In this document: in pieces, positions 38,001 through 50,000 of the stretch
Layout: each line of letters starts with the position of its first letter
Numbering within the stretch: the first letter of the stretch is position 1
Assembly (NCBI GenBank): GCA_030390025.1
Contig: CM059443.1
Location: 65,968,001-66,032,000, forward strand
Reading direction: 5' to 3'
DNA from: Squalus acanthias
Taxonomy: Eukaryota
Length of the DNA: 64,000 nt
Translations under genes and position numbers: made by a program
The notes under the pieces: model-generated
What the model was told of the DNA's origin: nothing
Seen by the model: only the letters and a program-made list of their open reading frames with translations
Database searches by the model: none

Positions 38001-41000
38001 AACTGAAAGACAATCTTGCTGCCTACTAGTTGATAATTCACAGCAGTAACACATATGCTGCTGTACAAACACAAGAACTTTAGGCTTGTACAGCAGCCTA
38101 CATGTAACTGCCATGAAGTGTTAACATTCTGTATCATTTTAAATGGGGATATTTTGGGCAAGTTCCACACCCCCCCCCCACCCCAGTCCTGTTTATTCCC
38201 TTTTTCTGTCCACTTGACCTTGGTGCAACCAAGATGGTGAGCACTCCACACTACTGCAGGCCACCAATACCCCTTGTAGTTGGGCAGTAAAGACTCTCAT
38301 CTAATTCCATTGGCTCAATGCCTCCCACTCAACATGGCCCAGGTGAGAAATTAATGGCAGTGGGGCTCAAAACATGCACGTTTTGGAAGATGATATTCCT
38401 TGCTATGGGGTTTTCAAGATGGCAATCACAAATTTTTTTTTGTTGAGAGAAGTAAAAGCAAGGCAGCACATAAATAAAACAACAATTTGTATTTATATAG
38501 TGCCTTTAACATAGTAAAACGTCCCAAGGCGCTGCACAAGAGTATTAGAAGACAAAAAAATGTGACACCGAGCCACAGAAGGAGAAATTAGGGCAGGTGA
38601 CCAAAAGCTTGGTCAAAGAGGTAGGTTTTAAGGAGCGTCTTAAAGGAGGAAAGAGAGGTAGAGGGGGAGAGAGGTTTAGGCAGGGAATTCCAGAGCTTAG
38701 GGCCCAGGCAACAGAAGGCACAAAACTTCACACTAAACTTCACATAAGAAACATTACTGGAGGCAGCGGGGGAAAAAATAATTACACTCACACTGATTTA
38801 TCCAGTGTGCCACTTACAAAAACGAGAATAATCTCAATGGTCTACACACTGCACCCTCTTTAGTCTAGGTGCACTCCAGATTCTCTCAACAAACACTAAA
38901 AAGCATCTAATAGAACAAACCTATAACCCCCACGGGCTTAGCAGGTAAATGCACTTCCCCATGATAGAGCCGCACAGACCAGCAAGTTCCCTGGTTCGGT
39001 CTCTGGTGCCGAGTTGGTGGATCTCAGTCAGGACTCGGTCATTACAACTGACCTCACCAACTTTAGGCTAGTGTGTGTGGCAGGCAAATTAAAAAAAAAA
39101 TTCATCCAGGGCTCTTGCTTCTGATTGCTGAACGGGATCGGATCTAGCAATGATGCCCCAAATAGTCTGCCAACGTTAGTTAATAAATGGCCAGTTGGGC
39201 TTTTACCACTAACAGAATCATATCCCAGCAAGAATAAGTGTCTTCAGGAGAGATTGGGGGTGGGGGGGGGGGCAGAAAGAGAAGAATTGAACACAGCTGA
39301 TACATACCTCCAATTCTGGCATTATACGCCACCCCCACACCACAAATCCCATTGTTGGCAGCAGCTGCCACCTCACCAGCACACCGTGTCCCATGTCTGT
39401 GAAGAAATGGCATTCATTGTTCAAACTACTACACAAACAATTTATTTTATAAATGCATTATCACGTCCCCGCATTCTCCTATCCCTTTCATTCCCATCTC
39501 CATACAGTGCCTTTACACAGGCGCCATCAGCTAAAATGTGGAGCAACCCTATGGATCCCTCTGGAATAATCAATGCCAGTGAAACGTCATTGCACCGATG
39601 TGGTGGGGAGTTCAGAACAATTTATCAGAGTTGCCCTCACCTGGGTTTGAATCCCTCTGTTACCTAGTTTGTTAATAACAAGAGGTTTGTACGCATCGTC
39701 AGGTCTGCAAGCAAGTACAGAGAGACCTGGGTGTTCTTGTACACCAGTCACTGAAGGCGAGCATGCAGGTGCAACAGGCGGTCAAGAAGGCAAACGGTAT
39801 GCTGGCCTTCATAGCAAAAGGGTTGGAATACAGGAACAGGGATACCTTGCTGCAGCTGTACAGGGCACTGGTGAGACCACACCTCGAGTACTGTGTACAG
39901 TTTTGGTCGCCTCATCTGAGGAAAGATGTTCTTGCCATGGAGGGGGTGCAGCGGCGATTCACCAGGCTGATACCAGGAATGGCGGGATTGACCTATGAGG
40001 AGAGACTATGTAGTTTAGGGATGTACACACTGGAGTTTAGAAGATTGAGAGGGGACCTCATAGAAGTGTATAAAATTCTGACAGGTCTAGACAGATTAGA
40101 TGCAGAAGGAATGTTTCCCTTGGCGGGTGAGAACAGAACTAGAGGACATAATTTAAGGATAAGGGCTAAACCATTTAGGACAGAAATGAGGGGGAATTTC
40201 TTCACTCAGAGAACCAGCGATAAACTTGCAATCAGTGGAACTTAATCCCAGTGTTGCCAAAATGCTCCGTCCAGACACAACCCATGCTGGATGGGCAGAA
40301 TCTATAATTGCGTTGTTTGGTGCTTTTCATTTTCTGAGAGAATTTCACACACCCACCATTAGAGTTTTACTGAAATTCCAGTGACAACACTAATTCATTG
40401 TTGCCTAATAGTAAGGACCTTCTGGACAAGTACCAATTAAGACAAAACAAGGCAAATCTCATTAGCTTTCTTTTCAGAAGTCAGTTTATTTTCTACATTG
40501 AATTGTCCTACCTTCTTAATGCTGCTTACATGTTGCTGTTAAGTGCCAGGAGATTGGTACTCAAGCAGAGACCCCCAACCAACAAATGCTGCTCTCCTTG
40601 CTTTTTCCTTACAGTAGCCCTCGGGATCCTTGAAAGTGGTGCCAGAGATGACCTGAAATTCATGTCATTTACACTAGGGGTCTGGATCCTACAGATCTAA
40701 TATGGTCACCAGATTCCTGTATTTGTCTATGTGTTGACTTATTAGCACACCAACAGTTTTTTTGTAACCAGAATAGTACAGCACAGGAGGTCGTCATTCG
40801 GCCCATCGAGTGTGTGCCAGCTCTTTCGAAGAGCAATCCAGTTAGTCCCACTCCCCCCCACTCTTTCCCCATATCCCTGCATTTTTTTCTCCTTCAAGTA
40901 TTTATCCAATTCCCTTTTGAGGGCTACTATTGAATCTGTATCCACCGCCCTATGAGGCAGTGCATTCCAAATCATAACCACTCAGTGCATGAAAAAGTTT

Positions 41001-44000
41001 TTCCTCATATCGCCTCTGGTTCTTTTGCCAATCACCTTAAATCTGTCCCCTCTCGTTATCGATCCCTTCAGCCATTGGAAACAGTTTCTCTTTATTTACT
41101 CCATCCAAACCCTTCATGATTTTAAACCCCTCTATCAAATCTCCTCTTAGCCTTCTCTGCTGTAAGGAGAACAACCCCAGCTTCTCCAGTCTATCCACAT
41201 AACTGTAATCCCTCACCCCTGGAACCATTCGAGTAAATCTCTACTGTACCCTCTCCAAAGCTTTCACGTCCTTCCTAAAGAAATGATAGTACGGGTTTCC
41301 TGTGGATAGCCAACAGTCCTTTGGAAATTGGGACAGGGGTCCCCAGGAGTGTGTCAATAGACACAGGGGTCCCCCCACAGGGAAACACTTGAAAACCACT
41401 GATATACTGAGATGCAGTCACCTGCTGAAGTAATAGATTCACCCTGCAGCAGGTCTTTCACTGCAGTGACCTACCGGTTGTCATTGAGCTGTGTGTAACG
41501 AGGCTGAGGATCAGGGTCATTGTTGTTCACATCGTAACTGGCACCTGGATCCTGGAATAGGAAAGGAAAAGAAACCGCTGCTTTAGTTTCCTCTTCCCTA
41601 TGTAGCACCAAACAGTGCCCCCCAGCAAGAACAAAGGATCGGATCTTGGTTGACTCCTGCTAGCACGCTGTCAAAATTACTGAATGCTCAGTGATACCAA
41701 CTGAGCAGAGACCGGTGAAAGGTATTCAAGCAGACTTAAATGTCAGACGACACTGCTTTTTAAACTCATCTTTCGTCTACACCCCCTTCCCCCAGGTCCG
41801 GAAGTCAATAATGCATCACTAGAGTTTTTCAGACTAAAGGGGAGAGGAAAATCAGGGCATAGAGAAAGGAGAGTATTTTTATTCAATGTACTAACTATGT
41901 TTGCTTCATCATGAAATTGGACATCAACTTTAAAAAGTGAAATATTTGCCTCCATGTAGACGGAGCAGGCTGAATCTCCTTCATCCTGCTGAGCTGCTTG
42001 GATATCACAGACGTGCACTGTCCTGGAGCAGCTCCGTTAAATGTGAAGAGGATCTTAGCGTCAGAATTTCTGGAGAGCCAAATGACCCACACAAGCTTTG
42101 AGCTGATATTTTTTGGCAGTGAGGGGGTAGGGTTACGCACTGCAGAATTATTCACTGTTTATGGTGAACAAGTTAAACTCAGCTTTTATCACATGGGATT
42201 CTATGATTTTTTCCCCAGTATTTTGGGGGACATTACACAATTCCATTTCCCCCCCCCTGAAAACCAGAAGTCTTGTTAATTAGCATTCCTTTTTCGCAGG
42301 ATTAGGGTAGCTATTGTTAGTTTGAGTCTCTGGTACCAGCCTGAAAATATAATAAATAGATCTACTTACATAATTAACTGCCAGGTCTGGATGATTCTTC
42401 TCAATTCCATCATCCAGAATAGAGACTACAACACCTTTCCCAGTATAACCCTGCTTCCAGGCATCTTGCACATTCAGGTCATGGTGATTCGTGTTACGCT
42501 AGAAAATAGAAAAACACAGCAACAGTGAGCTGCCCTGCTTTACTTCACAACAGCATGAAGTTTTAATCCCAGCTTCGAATTGACAATGTTAAATTAACAC
42601 ATCCCTTTTGCCTTCGCCTTACCACCTCCCCTAACTTTGCTCCCATTTCTTGCCGAGGGTCCTCAGATTTCTTTGAAAAGTTCCTTAGGACATTTTATGT
42701 GAAAGGTGCCATATAAACACAAGTAGTTGATGATTTATCTGGAATGTGAGCACTTGAGCACAGTGTGCTGTTTTATTATCCACATTAGGTGGTACAACAC
42801 AGCCGATTTAAACCTGAACACTGAATATGTACAAACCTTCAATTTAATAAATGCACAAGATTTATTTCCTTAGTGGATCGGTGGAATTATTACTGACTAC
42901 ACTGCGTAAACCTGGCCGATACCATCCTGGACATATTACAGGTGAAATGGCTCACAAATGTCACATTTGCTATTACCTAATCTACCTCACGCAGGTAGTG
43001 GTTTTCAATTAAGTTAATGGGCAAACAATGAACAGATTCTGAAAAAAGTTAAAAACCCACCAGAAACACTACATAGGTCAAAGCAAATCAGGAAAAAAAA
43101 AAGACATTTAGCACCCTCGGATACTTGTACAGGGCTTGTCTAAAAGTGCTCTTAGACCATGTCAAGATGTATCTCTGAATTCCCATGGAGCCAATTAACC
43201 AACTGTGCACAAAACAGACCTACAGGAGCTTAAAAATCACACCAGCCCTAACCAAATGCACTCCTGCTGGGTCTGTCTGAACAGGAAAACTATTTACAAG
43301 TTCAAGATTTGCTGAATTCTTTGTACATTACACATTAATATGGGAAAGGGGGAATTAACTAATACAGGCAATCAAAAATTACTTGGGAGCAAGGTTAAGG
43401 AGATAGTTAAATTATTAAAAGGGGGGGGGGGGAGCAGTTGCTGATAGCTGCTTTCTCAGAACTTCAAAGCTCCCAAGATTCATCAATCCTGGACAAAAAC
43501 GTAATGCAAAACACATTGCTACAAATGTTGTGCTACTTCAATGTTCCAGTCATAGGAACATAGAAACAGGAGGCCGCCATTCAGCCCCTTGAGCCTGTTC
43601 AGCATTCAATTAGATCATGGCTGATCTGTATCTTAACTCTACCATCTACCCGCCTTATTTCTGTAACCCTCAATTCCTTTGTCTAACAAAAATCTATCAG
43701 TTTTAACATTTTCAATTGACCCCACCACCACCTCCCCCCACACCGGCCTGAACAGTTTGGGTGGGGGTGTGGGGGGAGAAAAGAGAGTTTCAGATTTCCA
43801 CTACTCTGTGTGAAGAAGTGGTTCTGACATCACTCTTGAATGGCCTAGCTCTAATTTTAAGATTAGTCCCTGGGATGTTTAACAGTAAAAAGGAAACTTT
43901 CCCAATAAACAAAAGTCCACAAAATCTCTGAAGACAGCTACAGTGTTGCAGGAAATTAACAAATAGTCTTCTCAAATTCATCTGCACTATTTGTTTCAAT

Positions 44001-47000
44001 ATTCTTCCCTTATAACTTGTTCCACAACCCCTATTCCTCTTTAGGTTTCGAAAAAAAAGTCTGCTGATTTCCTTACTTCCCCTTGCAGTTCGTGGTATGG
44101 GAATCCTTCACCATAGTGATCAAAGGACCTCGGAATCTGGGGAATCACAGGAAAGAATCTGCATCTTTCCATTCCGGTGCCGCATAATGCAAAAAAATAC
44201 TACTTACCAGGTACCACTGCAGTGAAAATTTGGGGTCATTTAGTTCTGTGTAAATATCCCGCTTTGTTCTTTTCTTAATTACTTGCTGTTCCAGCCATTT
44301 GACCTATTTACAAAAATAAAACTGCATCTTAGGAAAAAGTAACAGTAAACTATTCATCTAAGGATATTACAGATAAGCAATTCTGTTTAACCAGATTAAA
44401 AACACATCTAGTGTACAAATTGAAGGGGAAGGAAAGGGTGGCGGACTTTACATTCTGTTCAAAGCACTCCACCCATGTCTGAAAAATTTACAAATAATGC
44501 ATTTTTAAAAAATATATAAAAATGGTTCCAAGTTTGTTGGCCCAATGGAAACGCAGCATTTTACATCTCCTCCTTTCCAGATCACTACATATATTGAATG
44601 GCTGACATTCATTTTAACTGGAGACACAATTTCAGCCGGGTCAATTAAGCAACAACTACCAGACCTCAATGACAGCTACCAGCTGGGCACCCAGGCCATA
44701 ACCGAGGGGTTTGGACAATATCGAACCACAAAAAGAGTCTCAAATTATCGGTATCTGAACCCTCCAGACATTATTACCTGCGATCACTCCTCACTCTACA
44801 TTATTTCTTAATAAATGTAATGAACTGTGAAGCTGAGGGCGGGGAGAAACTTTTCCGTTTGGTTTTCATTCAGGTTTTTGCTATTATGAAGATCGGCTGT
44901 CTACATGTTTTGATATTCTCACCGAAGGAACAATTGCGACAAAGTCGCTGCACGTTTAGAGCAATTGCCTGTTCTTACCCGTGTTGCGTAAAAGGTAAAC
45001 TATTAATACAAGTTTTCCATCTCTGCCCCGATATTGGACAGGTAGGAAGATCAGGTGAATTCACAGCAGCCACCCATCCAGTCACACGTGGCAGCACTCT
45101 GATGACGTGCTACAGAAGTGGGCGTAACGGCATCTGTGAACAGTTCCAGTTAGATTTGCTTGGAGGCCAACCCAAGCAGCCCAGGTCACAAGGTTAGCAG
45201 TACTGGCAGTGAACACTTTAGTACCCGGCTGAGACTTTCACCGAGTGTCCTAATAGGCATTCGCATGGGCCACCCTTAGAACCCAAGTCGACAGAGCAAA
45301 GACCCAAAATCACAGCTCTTCATCTGATCAAAAACATTCTTTTCAAGCTGCTGGAGTGGGGGGGGGGGAACTTACATAAGAACATAAGAATTAGGGGCAA
45401 AGAGTAGGCCATTCAGCCCCTCAAGTCTGCTCCACCATTCAATAAGATCATGGCTGATCTTCACTCTCAACTCCACTTTCCCGCCCGATCCCCAAATTCC
45501 TTGACTCCCTTAGAGTCCAACCTTGGCACTAAAGAGTTCTAATCCTAGTGGGGTTTTCTCCTTTACCCAATCCTTGCATTTCTTTTCAGCAATTCTGTAC
45601 AAGACACTCCATTCAAATTTTAGTGTCAATTGTTCTACGACTCCCTCGTAGTCCTTGCCAGAAAAACCAGTATTTAAGCTAATGAGAAATGTACAATAGA
45701 AATCATTTTACCGGTGTTGCATAAAACTAAACTATTAATAAGTTTTCCATCCCTATATTCCAGGTGGAAATCAGTCATATGCAAATCAGCCACAGTCACA
45801 CGTAGCGTCACTCAGATGACTCGCTATAGAAGAGCTTGTACCTGCAATTGCATTACTCAACGCCAGTCCCAACTCAGGTCAGACGAGACTCTCACTCTCC
45901 TCCCCCACCCTACTTTGCATCTCCCAAGGTGCTTTTACATTGCACAAGATATGTGCTATTGCTGCCAGGTTTCCCAAACTTGGGTCTCACGCAACCCAAA
46001 TATAAAACTGCTTAGCACCAGCTGTCAGGATGCAAGGAGCCCAAATATACTGCTCTACTTGAGTGCTAAACCGTCCGTCTCTCTGCAAAGTGCATTTGGT
46101 ACTCTGCAGTCAAAATAAAAACATGCTATTTGAAGGAGTGGGGATGAGGGGGTGGGGAAGAGAGTCTTATTTTGAACTGGATAATCACCTGTTTTTGATG
46201 GTGGCCCTAGCAATTTTGAGGAATGAAAAGCAGTTTTGGCTGCTACAGTTAAGGGTTGTGCATGATCGGGCCTGTTTCACATATGGCCACAACCCCCTTT
46301 TAAAAATAAATGCATGCCCCCATCTGGGTTTGGACTGGGAGGTGAAAGCCCTTAAACCAGGTCATCTGTTACTTATGGAAATTTCTCTCTCCTAGTTACT
46401 GAGAGTCTCAGCTCCATAAATATTTATACAGGTCAACAAAAGCAGAAAGAATGAAGAAATTATATTTGAAGATATGGGTTGGAATACAGCAGTGACTGAA
46501 TAAGATAGGATCATGCGAGTGGAATGAGCCAGCTATTAATAAAAGCCAAATATTATGCCATTATTTTTTTTCACTGTAATCCCATTTAAAGCACCATGCA
46601 TAGTTTGATCTCATGGTTCCTGCATAGCTAAGCTCATTCCCATAATAGATAGAAATGAGTTCAAGGTCCTAATGATTCAATTTCAATGCTTTAATGACCA
46701 TGCACAGTAAATCCATTTTAAGCTGCAGTGAAATTCAAAATTCCAGCATCTGTCCCCAGAATTGGAAAGCAATGGGATGATATGGTATCCATCAACTCAG
46801 ATCTCATAGCATTTGATCATGGTCTTGTGTAATAAGCAGTTGCCTGGGGATTGGAGGAGGGAGAGAGGGAGGGAAAGGGGAGAGGCAGTGTGAATTGAAC
46901 TCTGAAGTTACATTCCACCCGTGCAAAAGAAATGGCATCATATACCCATTTTGCATTTCATTGGTTCAGTTTAATCAAACATGTTTACAGCACAGGAGGC

Positions 47001-50000
47001 AGCCTTCAGCTCATCATGTGCGTGCTGGCCCTTTGCAAGAGCAAAAATGCATTACGAGTCCTGCAGTTACCTGGGCCGAACCCTGCCTTGCTATTGTTGA
47101 CCCCTCTGTACTACGCTTCTCTGTTTCCGACCTCAGCCCTGGGCATCAGAGTCCTTTCCTTTCCTTCCTGCCCCCTCAACCCCTCCCAATACCAGGCTCT
47201 GCTCCCTCCCAGGCCCAGATTTCACCAGCAATAAACAGCAAATAGCAATAGTATTTCAGAATGGTGAAATGCTACACAAAGAGCACCTGGCACACGAGGA
47301 CAAGTTACAAAACCTTGCAGCAAATTTCAGCATTCCGCAGCATTAAAGATCACATCTGGTCGACAGATACCAATTCTCAATTTTTCTTTATTAAAAAATT
47401 AAAAGCTTTTGGAAGACAGATCTGTGATCCCCCTGGCCTCAGCCCAATGATTTAGTTCACCCTAACCATCCTGTTCAGAGCTCCACCAACTTTTCAGGCC
47501 CTTCTACCAAACTGCCTCTGGGATCCCACATGAATGTACAAGAGTCCAGCCTGAAATGTTAACAGTCCTCTCTTTTGGGTGTTGACACACAGCAGGCTCT
47601 GTTTTTATTTCAGAATGTGTTATTTTCCTCTTGCCTCTACCAAGTCATGCATGGCGTCTCCAACCTTTGTAAACCCATTATAGGTTTTCTTTAATTTGCG
47701 TTAACAGGGGGAAACAGATGAATTACTCTGTAGTTTGGCGCCAATTGCTACTGCAAATGGAGTATCAGTTGTGGTTAAGTCTACAAATAAGTCCTTTATC
47801 AGCATGAATAGATAACAAAGGGCCGATCGTTTGAGAAAATTGCAAGCAATGTAATGCATGACTTCAGTCTCTCTGCAAAGTACATTCTGTACTCTGTAGT
47901 CAAAATAAAAACATTTGTATGTAGGATAAAAAAGTCTCCTCCAGATGTCCTTCCCTGCCAAGCTGGAATGCAAACTTGGTTTTAATAAAGAAATCAAACC
48001 ATCAGATTTTCATTGTACTTTGCAATAATACAAACCAAAAGGTTAACTCTGAGCAAAGAACAAAAAGGGTTAGAGGGTGACTGGCTGCTTCAGATTAGCA
48101 TCCAGGAATGGAAAGAATACGCAAGGCATCTGTTCACTGAATGTGTCTGCAATCCTGTTGACCACTTCTGAAGTGTCTCTTTCGCACGAGACAGAGGGGA
48201 TGATTTTCGGCAGCGCGTTCAGGTGCTAAAGATCCTCAGAGGTGACCAAGATTGGGTCTTGAGCTGAAACGCCGGTTTGGCCAGTGTTTAGCGCAAGACG
48301 CCATCTTGGTAAAGGAGTTGAAGCTTGCACGAGGAGCAGCCGCCTAGAGGCTCATTAAGGGGCTGATTGCCGCATAAAATGCCTGCTAGCGCTCATTAAG
48401 GAGGCTGCATGGCATTTTGGTGGGTAGCGCTTGTCCCAACGCCCTCTCCTAATAGTGACCAGCTGTTTGGGAGTAAACAAGGCGTTGCTGTGGATTTCAA
48501 GCGCTACTTAAAGGGATACTCAGCATTTCATGTTCACTTGCCGCGGGAGCTGTGATAAGGACCTCAAACACATCAGGAGACTTTCTGGGACACTGTCAAG
48601 ATATCAACACACTAGCAACATTTATTCCGGAAATTGATACTCCACCTTATAGGAGTCACCAGAAGGGTGTGCTTGGTCTTGACGAGGAATGGGAGGAGGA
48701 CATGAGGCCAGGCAGAGCAGCACCAGCTGCTGCAGGAGAGGGGGGAGAGACAGGAGCCTCCAGTGCCAAGTCAGAGAACCTGGTGTGCCCTCGCCCTTTG
48801 TCCCCGAGCCATCCTGCAACATGCCGCTGTGTGCAAGCCAGCGCACTCCACACCTTCAGTGGAAGTGGGTGCGAGGAGCCCAAATATGCTGCTCCACTTG
48901 AATGCTAAACCTGCAGGTGTGTGGTTTAGCACCTCCAGGCAAGTTGAAATTATGGTAATCAGCAATTAGGACCAAAATTGTGTGCCAAATCCAGACTTTC
49001 AAACAGGCGAGTCTTATTAGCACAGCACCCATTTAGCGCCTGTTTGCACCCTTTGGCCAAAATAACCCCCAGAGTCTCCTTGGGGATTGGATTGCACCAA
49101 TTTCACCCAGGCCTTCAACAAAGTAGGTGTTTAAAACCTTATATCGATAGGATTGTCAACCCTGCAGGGTAGTCCTCGAGTCTCCAGGAATTGAAGACGA
49201 ATATCCTGGACACTCCAGTGAATAACCCAGGAGAAAAATCATAGGGACATTAAAAAAGTGTTATTTTGATTTTCTTTGAATGCTTTTGTTTATTATAAAA
49301 ATAGAGTACAGTAATTAGAAAAACATGGGGAGAAAAAAGGCCGTTTGACTGGGTGAGCCTGTTGGAGGCAAGTGATGTGATTGTATTCCTGGAAGTTTCA
49401 TTCAACAAGAGTTGGCAACCCTCTATGTAGGGGGAAATGGAATAAAGCAATACACCAACCTGAAGTACCACAAAAAAAGTTATGTGCATGTTGTATGCAG
49501 ATGTGTGTAATACACCCAATTATGAAAGTCAGTGTCTTTACACCACATCTACTGCTAAAATAGACAGCATTTAATCAGTGGAGAAGGGTGCTGCAGTTAC
49601 ACTGCACCTCACTATGGAACTGAGAGAGGGGGAGGGCTTGCACCCACAACCAGCTCCACCTGTGGGCTCTACCAAGCGAGTGCTGACAAGGAAGTCAGCT
49701 CACCTGATTTTGCTACTCTCCTGCTTTTCTTAATTAAAAGGAGAATTCACGGTGCTGAAAAGACTGCAGGTTATAGAATATACAGTGAACATAAACCACT
49801 TTCCTATTTATTTATCAAGGTAGACAAACTGTGGAACAAAAACAATGCAACTGGCATGCCTTGCCTGCTTTGCGTGGGAATATTTTGCAAATCTCGGGTC
49901 TAATATTTTGCATGTATTGTTTGCCTTTGCCAGCTGCATCCTGCTGGTTTATTCAAAAAGGGAAATAAACCCACTGCCTTTGTTACTTAAACAAAGTTCA

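Noticed and set aside
39763-40245. 160-aa ORF as a nested antisense gene
   Set aside because: It is the C-terminal part of CR1 ORF2, truncated at both ends.
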